A DNA stretch of 64,000 bases from positions 5,335-69,334 of IMG/VR virus record IMGVR_UViG_3300008255_000136; one strand, written 5' to 3'. The number at the start of each line of letters is the position of its first letter. Position 1 is the first letter of the stretch. The position numbers were made by a program, and so were the translations under genes. Below the pieces are notes generated by a model that did no database searches, was not told where the DNA came from, and worked only from the letters and a program-made list of their open reading frames with translations. Below, piece by piece: positions 50,801 through 59,265 of this stretch. This DNA comes from a virus. Its lineage: Duplodnaviria > Caudoviricetes.

Positions 50801-52163
50801 ATATGGCCTATTTATGAATGGAATTCTAAATAAAAAAACAAAATATAAAACAGATGACATTAGCAGAGATGTTTGTTTGAAATTTTGGAATATAGTAAAA
50901 GATGATGTAATTAAAAAAGCACCAGAAAAAGTAGAAAATATTGATAATATAATATCTTCAAATATTAAATGGGACAGGATTAAAAATATAGAAGATGGAC
51001 TAGAAGAAACTTATGATTTCTCTCTGCCAGACATTGAAAAAGATTTTTGGTGCCATTCTGTAATTTACAATGGAATGCTTGGACATCAAACCCCAAATGG
51101 AACAGGCAATAAGTTTTTCGATATTTATGATAAGGCAGAAAAAAAAGAAAATGAATTCTATCCAATAAAGTTACCTTGGACCGTTCATCCTGAACGTGAT
51201 GAAAAATGGTTTAAAGAACAAACCGGAAACATGACAGTTAAGGAAATTGCACAGGAACACGAATGTGACTTTGCAGCTTCTGGTGATACATTTCTTGATC
51301 CTTCTATTATTGAAAAGCTTAGAAAAGCAGCCAGGGAGCCAATAAAAAGGGTTGGTGAGGATCGCAATATTTATATTTGGGAAGATTCAATTCCTGGCCA
51401 TAAATACATTCTTTCGGCAGACGTTGCAAGAGGTGATGGAAAAGATTATTCTACATTCCATATTATTGATGCTGAAATGGGAAAGGTTGTTGCAGAATAT
51501 CAAGGAAAGTTGCCACCTGATCGTTTTGCTGAGCTAATAAATGAATTTGGGCTTTTGTACAACAAGGCATTGGTTTGTCCTGAAAACAACAACGTGGGAT
51601 ATGCTGTTGTTCAAAGGCTTTGTTATTTGAACTATCCAAGAATCTATAATAACAAAGAAAAGTCTTTGGACATATGGAGTGCCATGGCTGGGAACGATGG
51701 AGATTTGCAAAATCCTTCTGGTGATCTTGGAATATTTACGTCTGGCGGCAAGAAAAATGTTCTTTTGACCAAAATGGAAGAAATGTTAAGAAATGATAAA
51801 GTTGAAATCTATTCAGATAGGCTTTGTCGAGAATTAAAAACATTTGTTTGGTTAGGAAACCATAAGGTTGGAGCAGACAAAAAGAAGAATGACGATCTTG
51901 TAATGAGTTTGGCTATTGGCCTCTGGCTTTTGGATACAGCGGATTTTGCTAGATTCTCAGAGGATCAAGGAAAAGCATTGCTTGATGCGATGTCTCAATC
52001 GTCTTCAAAGCTGGATGACATTATTGAAATGGGTTCAAAGAAAAAGGATGATTACAGTGTAATGTTGCCAGCAGCCGGAAATGCTAGCGGCTTTTCTAGA
52101 ATGACGGGAAAGACAAATAGGGTGCAAGTCCTAAACAAGAATTGGGATTGGCTAATGAAATAG
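47820..52163 (+). CDS. terL: Terminase large subunit (T4 gp17-like) precursor with two inteins; about 545 aa after splicing
   Basis: KARQLGLST Walker A, IIDEAAF Walker B, reconstructed PTLSTGGRAILLSTPNG, nuclease ADVARGDGKDYS, DDLVMSL. Confidence 0.95.
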   Translation: MAINVKAHHAKEILRCGKDPIYFINKYVKIQHPTKGAIPFDTFDFQDDCVEEFIKHRFTIVLKARQLGLSTVTAAYALWMVLFRENANVLVIATKLSTAKNFIAKCKYMLKMLPPWLILCDISSETVQTIQTSRGSVLKAVPTSPDAGRSEALSLLIIDEAAFVRDFDELWKGLYPTLSCLTGDTLVLSDKGFKRIGDYFENKNIGDYFELNSKIWGKNGIEDISHGYVSPKSKVLEIRTQSGSTLKITPNHPLYSLKEGNERPKMIPGKYLSIGDHLRTSYGMNSFGDVCIDDDLAYMVGGFIAEGWMTSTSQEKNYTTWISNTDDSFRDIFIRNGFSPDKSNNEKLRICSVNFCDKLKSIGIEPKRKCYEKITPNEVFSWNKIATSKYLSALFDGDGSVSESGIVLSSTSEQLLQETKIILSNYGIYGNIHKSTDSESKLNYERKTGRLLPQGKPVQSLHDCWSIIIPRSQMKLFSEEIGFKIKRKQLLLEKYIQAYSQDSSKIFQIPKSNIYLKIKDIVKDSNKSTYWFRKNGLRLDKILDKNMERYVNQEFLRKLRDLIGENLKEKYSLFFEEYLSDTFRWDRIVSISESEDEVVTYDFTVPETHSFLQNGILGSNTGGRAILLSCVTENTWVFTDKGPTQVKNFIQQKNSFGGYEISEYSVLGKDKLRNGTLFHNNGKVETKKITTQHSWLEGSNNHKVWACVDGKYNWHRLDQLKEGDYIAYQYGMNSWGFNDDISCFSHVPSSKEKNVPNLGEKITKDLSYIFGMYLAEGSNYKVLNNQNEQVGNHLTITCGDDISNIFESIELSSKSYDNMHYNISSKSFGLFLEYVGFNLDLKAKEKHIPDRLLQMSKENIASMLSGLFDGDGYSRSDRGTIGISLSSKRLIEQIRILLNNFGIITDYYEGTSLPTEKVKVESKYYRIEINGRYSNIFYDEIGFGFERKQNNKEKLKECYNISAKNTKDIIPNSLGLLNEIYSYSSENLNTLYKKYGLFMNGILNKKTKYKTDDISRDVCLKFWNIVKDDVIKKAPEKVENIDNIISSNIKWDRIKNIEDGLEETYDFSLPDIEKDFWCHSVIYNGMLGHQTPNGTGNKFFDIYDKAEKKENEFYPIKLPWTVHPERDEKWFKEQTGNMTVKEIAQEHECDFAASGDTFLDPSIIEKLRKAAREPIKRVGEDRNIYIWEDSIPGHKYILSADVARGDGKDYSTFHIIDAEMGKVVAEYQGKLPPDRFAELINEFGLLYNKALVCPENNNVGYAVVQRLCYLNYPRIYNNKEKSLDIWSAMAGNDGDLQNPSGDLGIFTSGGKKNVLLTKMEEMLRNDKVEIYSDRLCRELKTFVWLGNHKVGADKKKNDDLVMSLAIGLWLLDTADFARFSEDQGKALLDAMSQSSSKLDDIIEMGSKKKDDYSVMLPAAGNASGFSRMTGKTNRVQVLNKNWDWLMK
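48357..49679 (+). mobile_element. Intein TerL-1 with LAGLIDADG endonuclease, 441 aa
   Basis: Starts CLTGDT; block B TPNH; GGFIAEG and SALFDGDG; ends YDFTVPETHSFLQNGILGSN, then +1 Thr. Confidence 0.95.
49707..51089 (+). mobile_element. Intein TerL-2 with LAGLIDADG endonuclease, 461 aa, C-terminal Gln
   Basis: Starts CVTENT; SNNH; GMYLAEG and SGLFDGDG; ends YDFSLP...YNGMLGHQ, then +1 Thr. Confidence 0.93.
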
Positions 52164-52173
52164 ATTTTTCAAA

Positions 52174-52629
52174 ATGAACATCGATAAAAAATCCAAAAAA
52201 CTTTCAGAGATTATGAATGGGAATAAGCATTTTGATCATGCTATCAAAATGTATATTGAATATCTTGAAAGAAAAAGAGATAAGCAAAATATTGAAAAAA
52301 AAGTTTTTGAATTTAAAAAAAAAGGATGGCCAAAAGACAAAATAAAAAAGATGATAGAATGGGAAAGAAAAGCGTCCGAAATGCAAAAAAAGACTGTTGA
52401 ACTTTCAATGCGAGAAATTAGGCATATGGCAGACGATATTTCCGAACAGCAATTCGAAGATCTTGGAGAGTGGATTAAAAAAAGCTCCCATTCAAAAGAA
52501 GCCTGGAATAGAAATATGGTTTCATCTAATGATTCTTTGCCCGTCATTAAAGCAAAAGTAATGCATTTAGCATATATGAGCAGATCGTCATCTCCTGTAA
52601 ACATTGGAGAAATGCTAAAAAGCCAATAA
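52174..52629 (+). CDS. Hypothetical protein
   Basis: 151-aa basic, helical ORF. Confidence 0.6.
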   Translation: MNIDKKSKKLSEIMNGNKHFDHAIKMYIEYLERKRDKQNIEKKVFEFKKKGWPKDKIKKMIEWERKASEMQKKTVELSMREIRHMADDISEQQFEDLGEWIKKSSHSKEAWNRNMVSSNDSLPVIKAKVMHLAYMSRSSSPVNIGEMLKSQ

Positions 52630-52656
52630 ATAGACAGTCAAAGAATATTTACCTAT

Positions 52657-53079
52657 ATGATTTCTATCCAAAAAAATGAGCTTCGCGGCATAATAAGAGA
52701 ATCTTATATAAAATCTCTTATCGTTGAAGGAAAGGACCATAATAGAGAAATTGTGGCAGCAATCCTTTCATTAAAGGACTTTCTTGGAAAAAAGAACTTT
52801 GTTTGCAGCACGCAGTATACCCAGCCAAACCCAAACAAAAGACATAGAGACTTTGGGCATTGCAGCATAAAGATTGACACAACAATGGGCCGCGGCAAAT
52901 CAATGAGCCCAAGAGCTATTAGCCAAATGGTGTTGAGATTATGTCAAAAAACAGGATTTAACAAATACTTTTCGATGAGAGATCATGGATATGATGGAAG
53001 ATATTGTGACTGCGGATTCAATTTGAATCCAAAATATGTTGAAAAATATATGGCCACAGTTCCCAATGGGACAATATGA
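52657..53079 (+). CDS. Hypothetical protein with a head-targeting-type leader
   Basis: MISIQKNELRGIIRESYIKSLIVEG leader; ATATTTAC motif 4 nt upstream. Confidence 0.65.
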   Translation: MISIQKNELRGIIRESYIKSLIVEGKDHNREIVAAILSLKDFLGKKNFVCSTQYTQPNPNKRHRDFGHCSIKIDTTMGRGKSMSPRAISQMVLRLCQKTGFNKYFSMRDHGYDGRYCDCGFNLNPKYVEKYMATVPNGTI

Positions 53080-53438
53080 AAAGACTGCTCAAAAGATTTT
53101 TAGGGTTTTTTAAAAAGGACCAAAGTCCAAAAGTAATCCCTATGCAAAAAGATTGTAAGTGTGTCGCCGACACCTGTTTCTTTGATTTGAGTTCAGAAGA
53201 AACATATAATCCTTGGGGAATTGAAACCTCATATCATATTCCTATAAAATGCAGAGGCAAAACATCAAAAGACGATGCCTTATTTGTTTCTTTTCGTAAA
53301 TACAATAAAGAAGAGCTTAATTTTACAATTGAACAAATGATTGCTGTCGATAGAAGTCGAAGCATTCAGAAGTTAGAATGTATATTTGATGAGTCTGACA
53401 TTCATATATTTGTACCCATATCTAAAAAAGTCAAATAA
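53076..53438 (+). CDS. Hypothetical protein
   Basis: 120-aa ORF coupled by an ATGA overlap. Confidence 0.55.
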   Translation: MKRLLKRFLGFFKKDQSPKVIPMQKDCKCVADTCFFDLSSEETYNPWGIETSYHIPIKCRGKTSKDDALFVSFRKYNKEELNFTIEQMIAVDRSRSIQKLECIFDESDIHIFVPISKKVK

Positions 53439-53508
53439 TCACATTATTCGCAACAATCGCAGCATAAGAAATATAATAAGAGCAACCTTCAGTTACTAAG
53501 GAAGCATA

Positions 53509-56500
53509 ATGGCAAAAAGACAAAATTTATTCGCAAGACTAACAAGACTATTTAAAGCAGGCCCAATTGTAAAAAAACAAGTAAAGGGGTTTGATAGTGC
53601 CTCCGTCAAATCTTCCGCTCTGGACGTGTTTAGAAAAAGTACAGCAACAGTCTATGGAAATAGTTTAAATGCATATGGACAATATGATCGACTCTGCGTG
53701 GACTCTCGTACTAAAATAGCGATTCCTGGACCTGAAAGGTACATTGAAATTCAGGATTTGGGCAAAAAATATCCAAATGGAGAAAAATTTATTGTTTATG
53801 CATACGATCACGATGAAATGTGCATAAAGCCAGCTTGGGCTCATCATCCAAGATGTTCAGGCAATAAGGAAACTGTAAAAGTAACATTTGATGACGGAAC
53901 ATTCTTGATTTGCACTCCCGATCATCCATGTCTTATGAGAGATGGAAAATACAAGAATGCCGAGGACTTAAATGCGGGAACTTCAATGATGCCTTTTTAC
54001 AGAAGGGACTTCAAAGGAAAATCCAATAAAGATGGAAAAAAATTCGTTGTATCGGTCGAACCATTTGGCAAGCAAGAAGTTTGGGACTTGACTGTTGATG
54101 GGCATGAAAATTTTGCGACAGACACGATAGTTGTGCATAACTCTCGATATTCGGACTTCTGTTTGCGTGGAGATACTTTAGTCTATACAACTAAAGGAGT
54201 TTTTACAATAAAAGAATTGGCTGAAAAAAATGCCAATGATATAATTCATGTTTATTCGTACGATCAGGTGAATAATAAAATGGTCATAGCGCCAGCCCAT
54301 TCTCCAAGAATTACTCACAAAGGAGAAAAGCAAGATTTAATAAAAGTTAATTTTGATACAGGCGGAAGTGTTACTACAACGCCAAATCATAAATTTATGT
54401 TAAGGGATGGTTCTCCTTGTGAGGCAAAAGACCTAAAGGCAGACAATGCCCTCATGCCATTCAATGTGAGAGACTTGGCTGGTCATGGGTATAAATGGAT
54501 TTATACTATTAATAAAAATGATAAATCTGGAGGCTGGACACCTGAGCATGTTTTAGTTGCAGAATATTTTAATAGAAAATTAAAGCCCAACGAAATTGTT
54601 CATCATAAAGATTTTGATAGAGGAAATAACTTAATTGAAAATTTGGAAATCATGGATAGGTACGAGCATAATAGGTACCATGCTCAATTAAATAATAAAA
54701 ATAAATTTGGAAAACCGAATGAGAAACATTCTCAATGGATGAAAGAAAATAATACTGCAAAAAGAAACGATATAACATTTGAAAAAATACTGGAAGTCGC
54801 AACAGAAACTGACTTTACAATGAGCAAGGTAAAGGAAATTCTAAAAGTTGATCAAAATGTTATCAAGAGAAGACTAAGAGAGGTAGGATTTGAAAATTGG
54901 TTAGATTTTAAATCTAAGAAAGATTACATACAGCAATCAATTATTCATGAATCAATTGTTGAAGAAACAAAATCACCAGAAATTGAAGAAATATTAGAAC
55001 ATGGAAAAGATTGTGAAAATATTTATAAATTATGTCAAAAATTAAGTTGTTCACCTAATGCTGTTAGAAGAAGGCTAAATTCTTGTGGATATGGAACTTG
55101 GTCAGATTTTAAAGAAAAAAATGGCCATGAAATCGTAAAAGGAGTTGGAAGAACATCACTTATTGATGATTCAATTTCTTATCAAGATATTTGTAATTCA
55201 TATAAGCAAGGTATGACGTATGCAGAATTGGCAAAGGCGGCAAATACAACTCATAATAAAGTTATTTCAAGAATTAAAAAAGAAGGATTTAAATCTTATC
55301 ATGAATGGACTGAAGCCTATAGTAACCACAAAGTATCATCCATCGAACATCTAGAAGAAAAAGATTTTGTCTACAATATAACAGTTCCAGAATATCATAA
55401 TTTGGCAGTAGGATGCTATAATAAAAATTATCCAAAAGATGGCCAAGTACTTGATTTTACTATGGTTTTTCAAAGTGAAATGGAATATTGTTTACATGGG
55501 GATACAAAAATTGCAATTCCAAATGGGTATAAAACAATTAAAGAGTTGTCTGAAGAGTATGGAACTGATAAAGAATTTATTGTTTATGCTTACGATCACA
55601 ATATTGGAGGACTGACTCCTGCATTAGCAAAGCAAGCAAGGAAAACAAGATTTGATCATGCCTGGAAGGTTGTTTTTGACAATGGTCAAGAAATTATAGG
55701 CACTGCAAATCATCGATTAATGAAAAGAGATGGTACTTTTTGTAAAATTGAAGATCTAAAACCGGGAACTTCAATGATGCCATTTTATAGGAAAGATTTT
55801 TATAGCGAAAATAAAGATGAAAATTCTGATGGTTATCGTTGGATTTATACAATAAACGACGGATGGAAAACAGAACATCAATTTATAGCAGAATGGATAA
55901 GTGATAGAAAAATTCAAAAAGGAGAATGTGTTCATCATATAAATTATAAAAAATGGGATAATAGACCTGAAAATTTAAGGATTATGACATTATCAGAGCA
56001 TACAATTTTGCATAACAATTCTGATAAATGGTCAGAAGAAAATTCGGAATGGATAGAAAAATTCAAAAAAAATCATTCTGCATGGATGAAAAAAAATAAT
56101 CCTGCAAAAAGATCAGATATAACTTTTGGAAAAATTCTTGAATTATGTGAAAGCATTGGTTTTAATCTTTATAAAATTTGCGATGCTCTTGACACAGATC
56201 CTAATGCAATTAAAAGAAGATTGAGAGAAAATGGCTTTCAGGATTTTGTTACATTTTGTAAAGCATATAATGAAAATTGGAAAAGTGATTCCTGGAATAA
56301 TAAAGGAGAAAATAATCCTAGATTTAAAAATGAAATAACTTTTCAGTCAATATGCAATGTCTTTGAAAAGGCTAAAACATTGAATGAAATTAAAAAAGAA
56401 CTTAATTGTTCTCATGTTTTGATAACTAAAAGATTGAAAGATAATGGATTTTCTAATTTTACAGATTTTTCAAAAAATTATTCAAATCACAAAATTTCCT

Positions 56501-58422
56501 CTATTGAATATTATGGAAAAATAGATCTATATGATTTGACTGTTGATGGATATAAGAACTTTGCAACAGATACGATCATTTCTCACAATACACCAGAAAT
56601 TGCTAGTGCTGTTGACATTTACGCTGACGAGACGGTCGCTAAAGACGAGAAGGATCGTTCGCTTCATGTGTATTCAGAGAATCCAAAGATTAAGAGGCTT
56701 CTTGAAGAATTATTTTATGACACATTGAATTTTGAATTTTCTGGTCGTTCTTGGGTTCGTAACTTATGTAAATATGGGGATTTCTTCCTTTTAAATGACG
56801 TTTCTCCGAAGTATGGGGTTATCAATGCGCACCCTATTCCCGTCAATGAAATTGAAAGAGAAGAGGGTTTTGACCCTGAAAATCCTTTTGCTGTTAGGTT
56901 TAGATGGGTAACAGAAGGAAATCAGGTTCTTGAAAACTGGCAGGTTACACACTTTAGGCTTCTGGGAAATGATACGTTTCTTCCTTATGGCTCTAGTGTT
57001 TTGGAGAGTGCTAGAAGAATTTGGAGACAACTTGTCATGGCTGAGGATGCCATGCTTGTATATCGAATCATTCGTTCGCCTGAAAGACGAGTTTTCTATA
57101 TTGATGTTGCGAATGCTCCACCTAATGACATTCCAAATATTATTGAAAATGCAAGAACAACCTTGAAGTCGCAGGAGGTTATTGACAAAGATGCTGGTCG
57201 TGTAGATTTGCGATACAACCCATGGGCAGTTGACATTGATTATTTTATTCCTGTTCGTGGACAAGAGGGAGGAACGAAGGTTGATACACTTCCTGGAGGT
57301 GCCAACACAACAGCGATTGACGACGTTGAATACATTCAGCGCAAGCTTTTTGCTGCTCTAAAGGTTCCAAAGGCATATTTGGGATTTGATGAGTCTTTGG
57401 GTGGAAAAGCAAACTTGGCCGCTGAAGATGTTCGTTTCGCAAGAACAATTCAGCAGATTCAGCAAGTTGTTATTTCTGAATTGAATAAAATAGCAGCAAT
57501 TCATTTGGCTGCCCATGGTTATGATGGAGAAGATCTAATAAACTTTAGATTGCAATTAAGCAATCCTTCTACGATGGCTCAGCAACAGAAACTTGAGCTT
57601 CTTAGAAGTAGATTTGAAATTGCAGGAACAAGGCCGGAAGGCCTTCTTTCTGACAAGTATCTTTACAAAGAGGTATTTGGAATGACGGATGATTCAATCT
57701 CCATAATGGAAGAGGATCAAATTAAGGAACTAATAAGAAAGGCCCAGATGGAGCAAATGGGTGCTGCTGCTGCCGAAGGTGGCGGAGGTGGTGGCCTCGG
57801 TGGTGGAATGGGCGGAGGCGGTGGCCTCGGCGGAATTGAAGATCTTGGAGGCGGAGACGAAGGAGGCGAAGAGGGTGGAGAGCCACCGCCAGAAGGAGGA
57901 GAAGATCTTGGAGGCGGAGATGATTTATTCGCCGAAGAAGAATTTGGTTCTGAAAGACTTATTTCTGACGATGAAGATGAAATTATCGAATTTGGATTAG
58001 ACGAAGGCGATGACGAATATAAGCCTGTAAATCAGCAAAGTCAGATATCGAGATATCGTCATAACAATTTGAGACCAAGTAGAAGAAAGATGAAAGGTTC
58101 AAAAGGAATGACTCCGACAAATCCTGGGGACGCCTGGAACCATAAAGATCCTCATTTTCATGATGTTTCATTGAAGAGAGCTTGGAGTGCGGGAACTTCA
58201 GTAAATAAAGATGGTTCTTTTAAACTAACCGATGCTATTCAAAGACATATGGAAATGATTGAAGATTCAGAAATTAAACGAACAAGATTGTCATCAGAAA
58301 CAAAACACACTATAGATTCCCTTTCAAGGAAAATACCTATAAAGAGTAACACTTTAACAGACGGTGTTGCTGAGAAGATTTCAAGTCTAATAATTGAGTC
58401 CGATGAAGAGGATAATGAATGA
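53509..58422 (+). CDS. Portal vertex protein (T4 gp20-like) precursor with three inteins; about 683 aa after splicing
   Basis: Reconstructed DRL-SRYSDF-SEMEY-TPEIASAVDIYADE; RNLCKYGD, EDAMLVYRIIRSPERRVFYIDV, DYFIPVRG, LKVP. Confidence 0.95.
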   Translation: MAKRQNLFARLTRLFKAGPIVKKQVKGFDSASVKSSALDVFRKSTATVYGNSLNAYGQYDRLCVDSRTKIAIPGPERYIEIQDLGKKYPNGEKFIVYAYDHDEMCIKPAWAHHPRCSGNKETVKVTFDDGTFLICTPDHPCLMRDGKYKNAEDLNAGTSMMPFYRRDFKGKSNKDGKKFVVSVEPFGKQEVWDLTVDGHENFATDTIVVHNSRYSDFCLRGDTLVYTTKGVFTIKELAEKNANDIIHVYSYDQVNNKMVIAPAHSPRITHKGEKQDLIKVNFDTGGSVTTTPNHKFMLRDGSPCEAKDLKADNALMPFNVRDLAGHGYKWIYTINKNDKSGGWTPEHVLVAEYFNRKLKPNEIVHHKDFDRGNNLIENLEIMDRYEHNRYHAQLNNKNKFGKPNEKHSQWMKENNTAKRNDITFEKILEVATETDFTMSKVKEILKVDQNVIKRRLREVGFENWLDFKSKKDYIQQSIIHESIVEETKSPEIEEILEHGKDCENIYKLCQKLSCSPNAVRRRLNSCGYGTWSDFKEKNGHEIVKGVGRTSLIDDSISYQDICNSYKQGMTYAELAKAANTTHNKVISRIKKEGFKSYHEWTEAYSNHKVSSIEHLEEKDFVYNITVPEYHNLAVGCYNKNYPKDGQVLDFTMVFQSEMEYCLHGDTKIAIPNGYKTIKELSEEYGTDKEFIVYAYDHNIGGLTPALAKQARKTRFDHAWKVVFDNGQEIIGTANHRLMKRDGTFCKIEDLKPGTSMMPFYRKDFYSENKDENSDGYRWIYTINDGWKTEHQFIAEWISDRKIQKGECVHHINYKKWDNRPENLRIMTLSEHTILHNNSDKWSEENSEWIEKFKKNHSAWMKKNNPAKRSDITFGKILELCESIGFNLYKICDALDTDPNAIKRRLRENGFQDFVTFCKAYNENWKSDSWNNKGENNPRFKNEITFQSICNVFEKAKTLNEIKKELNCSHVLITKRLKDNGFSNFTDFSKNYSNHKISSIEYYGKIDLYDLTVDGYKNFATDTIISHNTPEIASAVDIYADETVAKDEKDRSLHVYSENPKIKRLLEELFYDTLNFEFSGRSWVRNLCKYGDFFLLNDVSPKYGVINAHPIPVNEIEREEGFDPENPFAVRFRWVTEGNQVLENWQVTHFRLLGNDTFLPYGSSVLESARRIWRQLVMAEDAMLVYRIIRSPERRVFYIDVANAPPNDIPNIIENARTTLKSQEVIDKDAGRVDLRYNPWAVDIDYFIPVRGQEGGTKVDTLPGGANTTAIDDVEYIQRKLFAALKVPKAYLGFDESLGGKANLAAEDVRFARTIQQIQQVVISELNKIAAIHLAAHGYDGEDLINFRLQLSNPSTMAQQQKLELLRSRFEIAGTRPEGLLSDKYLYKEVFGMTDDSISIMEEDQIKELIRKAQMEQMGAAAAEGGGGGGLGGGMGGGGGLGGIEDLGGGDEGGEEGGEPPPEGGEDLGGGDDLFAEEEFGSERLISDDEDEIIEFGLDEGDDEYKPVNQQSQISRYRHNNLRPSRRKMKGSKGMTPTNPGDAWNHKDPHFHDVSLKRAWSAGTSVNKDGSFKLTDAIQRHMEMIEDSEIKRTRLSSETKHTIDSLSRKIPIKSNTLTDGVAEKISSLIIESDEEDNE
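53695..54141 (+). mobile_element. Portal intein 1, mini-intein with no endonuclease, 149 aa
   Basis: Starts CVDSRT; TPDH; ends WDLTVDGHENFATDTIVVHN, then +1 Ser. Confidence 0.95.
54160..55473 (+). mobile_element. Portal intein 2 with HNH endonuclease, 438 aa, ends Phe-Gln
   Basis: Starts CLRGDT; TPNH; VHHKDFDRGNNLIENL; YNITVPEYHNLAVG...TMVFQ, then +1 Ser. Confidence 0.9.
55489..56589 (+). mobile_element. Portal intein 3 with HNH endonuclease, 367 aa
   Basis: Starts CLHGDT; TANH; VHHINYKKWDNRPENL; ends YDLTVDGYKNFATDTIISHN, then +1 Thr. Confidence 0.95.
57763..57930 (+). repeat. Gly/Glu low-complexity, GC-rich repeats in the portal C-terminal tail
   Basis: gaagatcttggaggcggaga at 57838 and 57901; ggcggagg.ggtggcctcgg at 57781 and 57811. 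Confidence 0.9.
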
Positions 58423-59264
58423 CAAGACACAATAAAAAGAGAAATACAGGGTTACTCTACGAATTTCTTGTCCGAACGATTTCTGATGCAATCATTGAAG
58501 GCAATGAAAAAAGGAGAGGCACTGCCTTGTCCATCATTAGAAAGCACTTTGTGGCAGGTTCGGAACTACACAAGGAATTTCGATTATTTCACTCTTTAGC
58601 AGCGACAACTGTAAAGAGTCCATCGGTGGCCGATACCATACTTGAAGCAGCCAAACAAGCATCGGGAATGTGTAATATCAACAAACTTAACCATGAAAAA
58701 TCTTTGCTCATAAGAAGCATTAATCATGGCCTTAATGATGAAAAGTTTTATGATAGAAAAATTCCCGAATATAAAACCTATGCAACTATTCAAACTCTTT
58801 TGAATGAATGGAGAGAAGGTCAATATAATAACATTGTTGAACAAGCACAATTTGAAGAACAATTGAAAGAATGGCTTTTAAAAGACAAGGCTGTTGCTAA
58901 AATAAATGAGCAATCTTCTTATTCTGGTGATCCATTGGTTGAAAAACTGATGATCAAAAAAATCAATGAAAGATATGGTGAAAGCCTAACAGAAGAGCAG
59001 TCAAATATAATTCGTACTTATATTTTTGCTAAAGATGAAAAGGCCAAAGAGAAACTGAATGAAGATTTAGATTCTATAAAGTCAAAAGCTCTTAAAAATA
59101 TAGATACATATATTGGAGAAAATGCTGGGAAGGATAAATATCTTGACGAGAAATTGAAAAAAGCAAAAAGCCTAATTCTGAAAGAAAGCATAGACTTAAT
59201 TGATGACGAAAAGGTTGAAAGGTTTCTTGATATTTCTAAATTAAATCAGGAGCTTAGGTGCTAA
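58419..59264 (+). CDS. Probable prohead assembly/core protein
   Basis: HNKKRNTGLLYEFL N-terminus; helical; lies between portal and protease. Confidence 0.65.
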   Translation: MTRHNKKRNTGLLYEFLVRTISDAIIEGNEKRRGTALSIIRKHFVAGSELHKEFRLFHSLAATTVKSPSVADTILEAAKQASGMCNINKLNHEKSLLIRSINHGLNDEKFYDRKIPEYKTYATIQTLLNEWREGQYNNIVEQAQFEEQLKEWLLKDKAVAKINEQSSYSGDPLVEKLMIKKINERYGESLTEEQSNIIRTYIFAKDEKAKEKLNEDLDSIKSKALKNIDTYIGENAGKDKYLDEKLKKAKSLILKESIDLIDDEKVERFLDISKLNQELRC

Positions 59265-59265
59265 T

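Noticed and set aside
48357-56589. Group I introns carrying homing endonucleases
   Set aside because: All insertions are in frame, with Cys1, block B/F/G motifs and +1 Ser/Thr, so they are inteins
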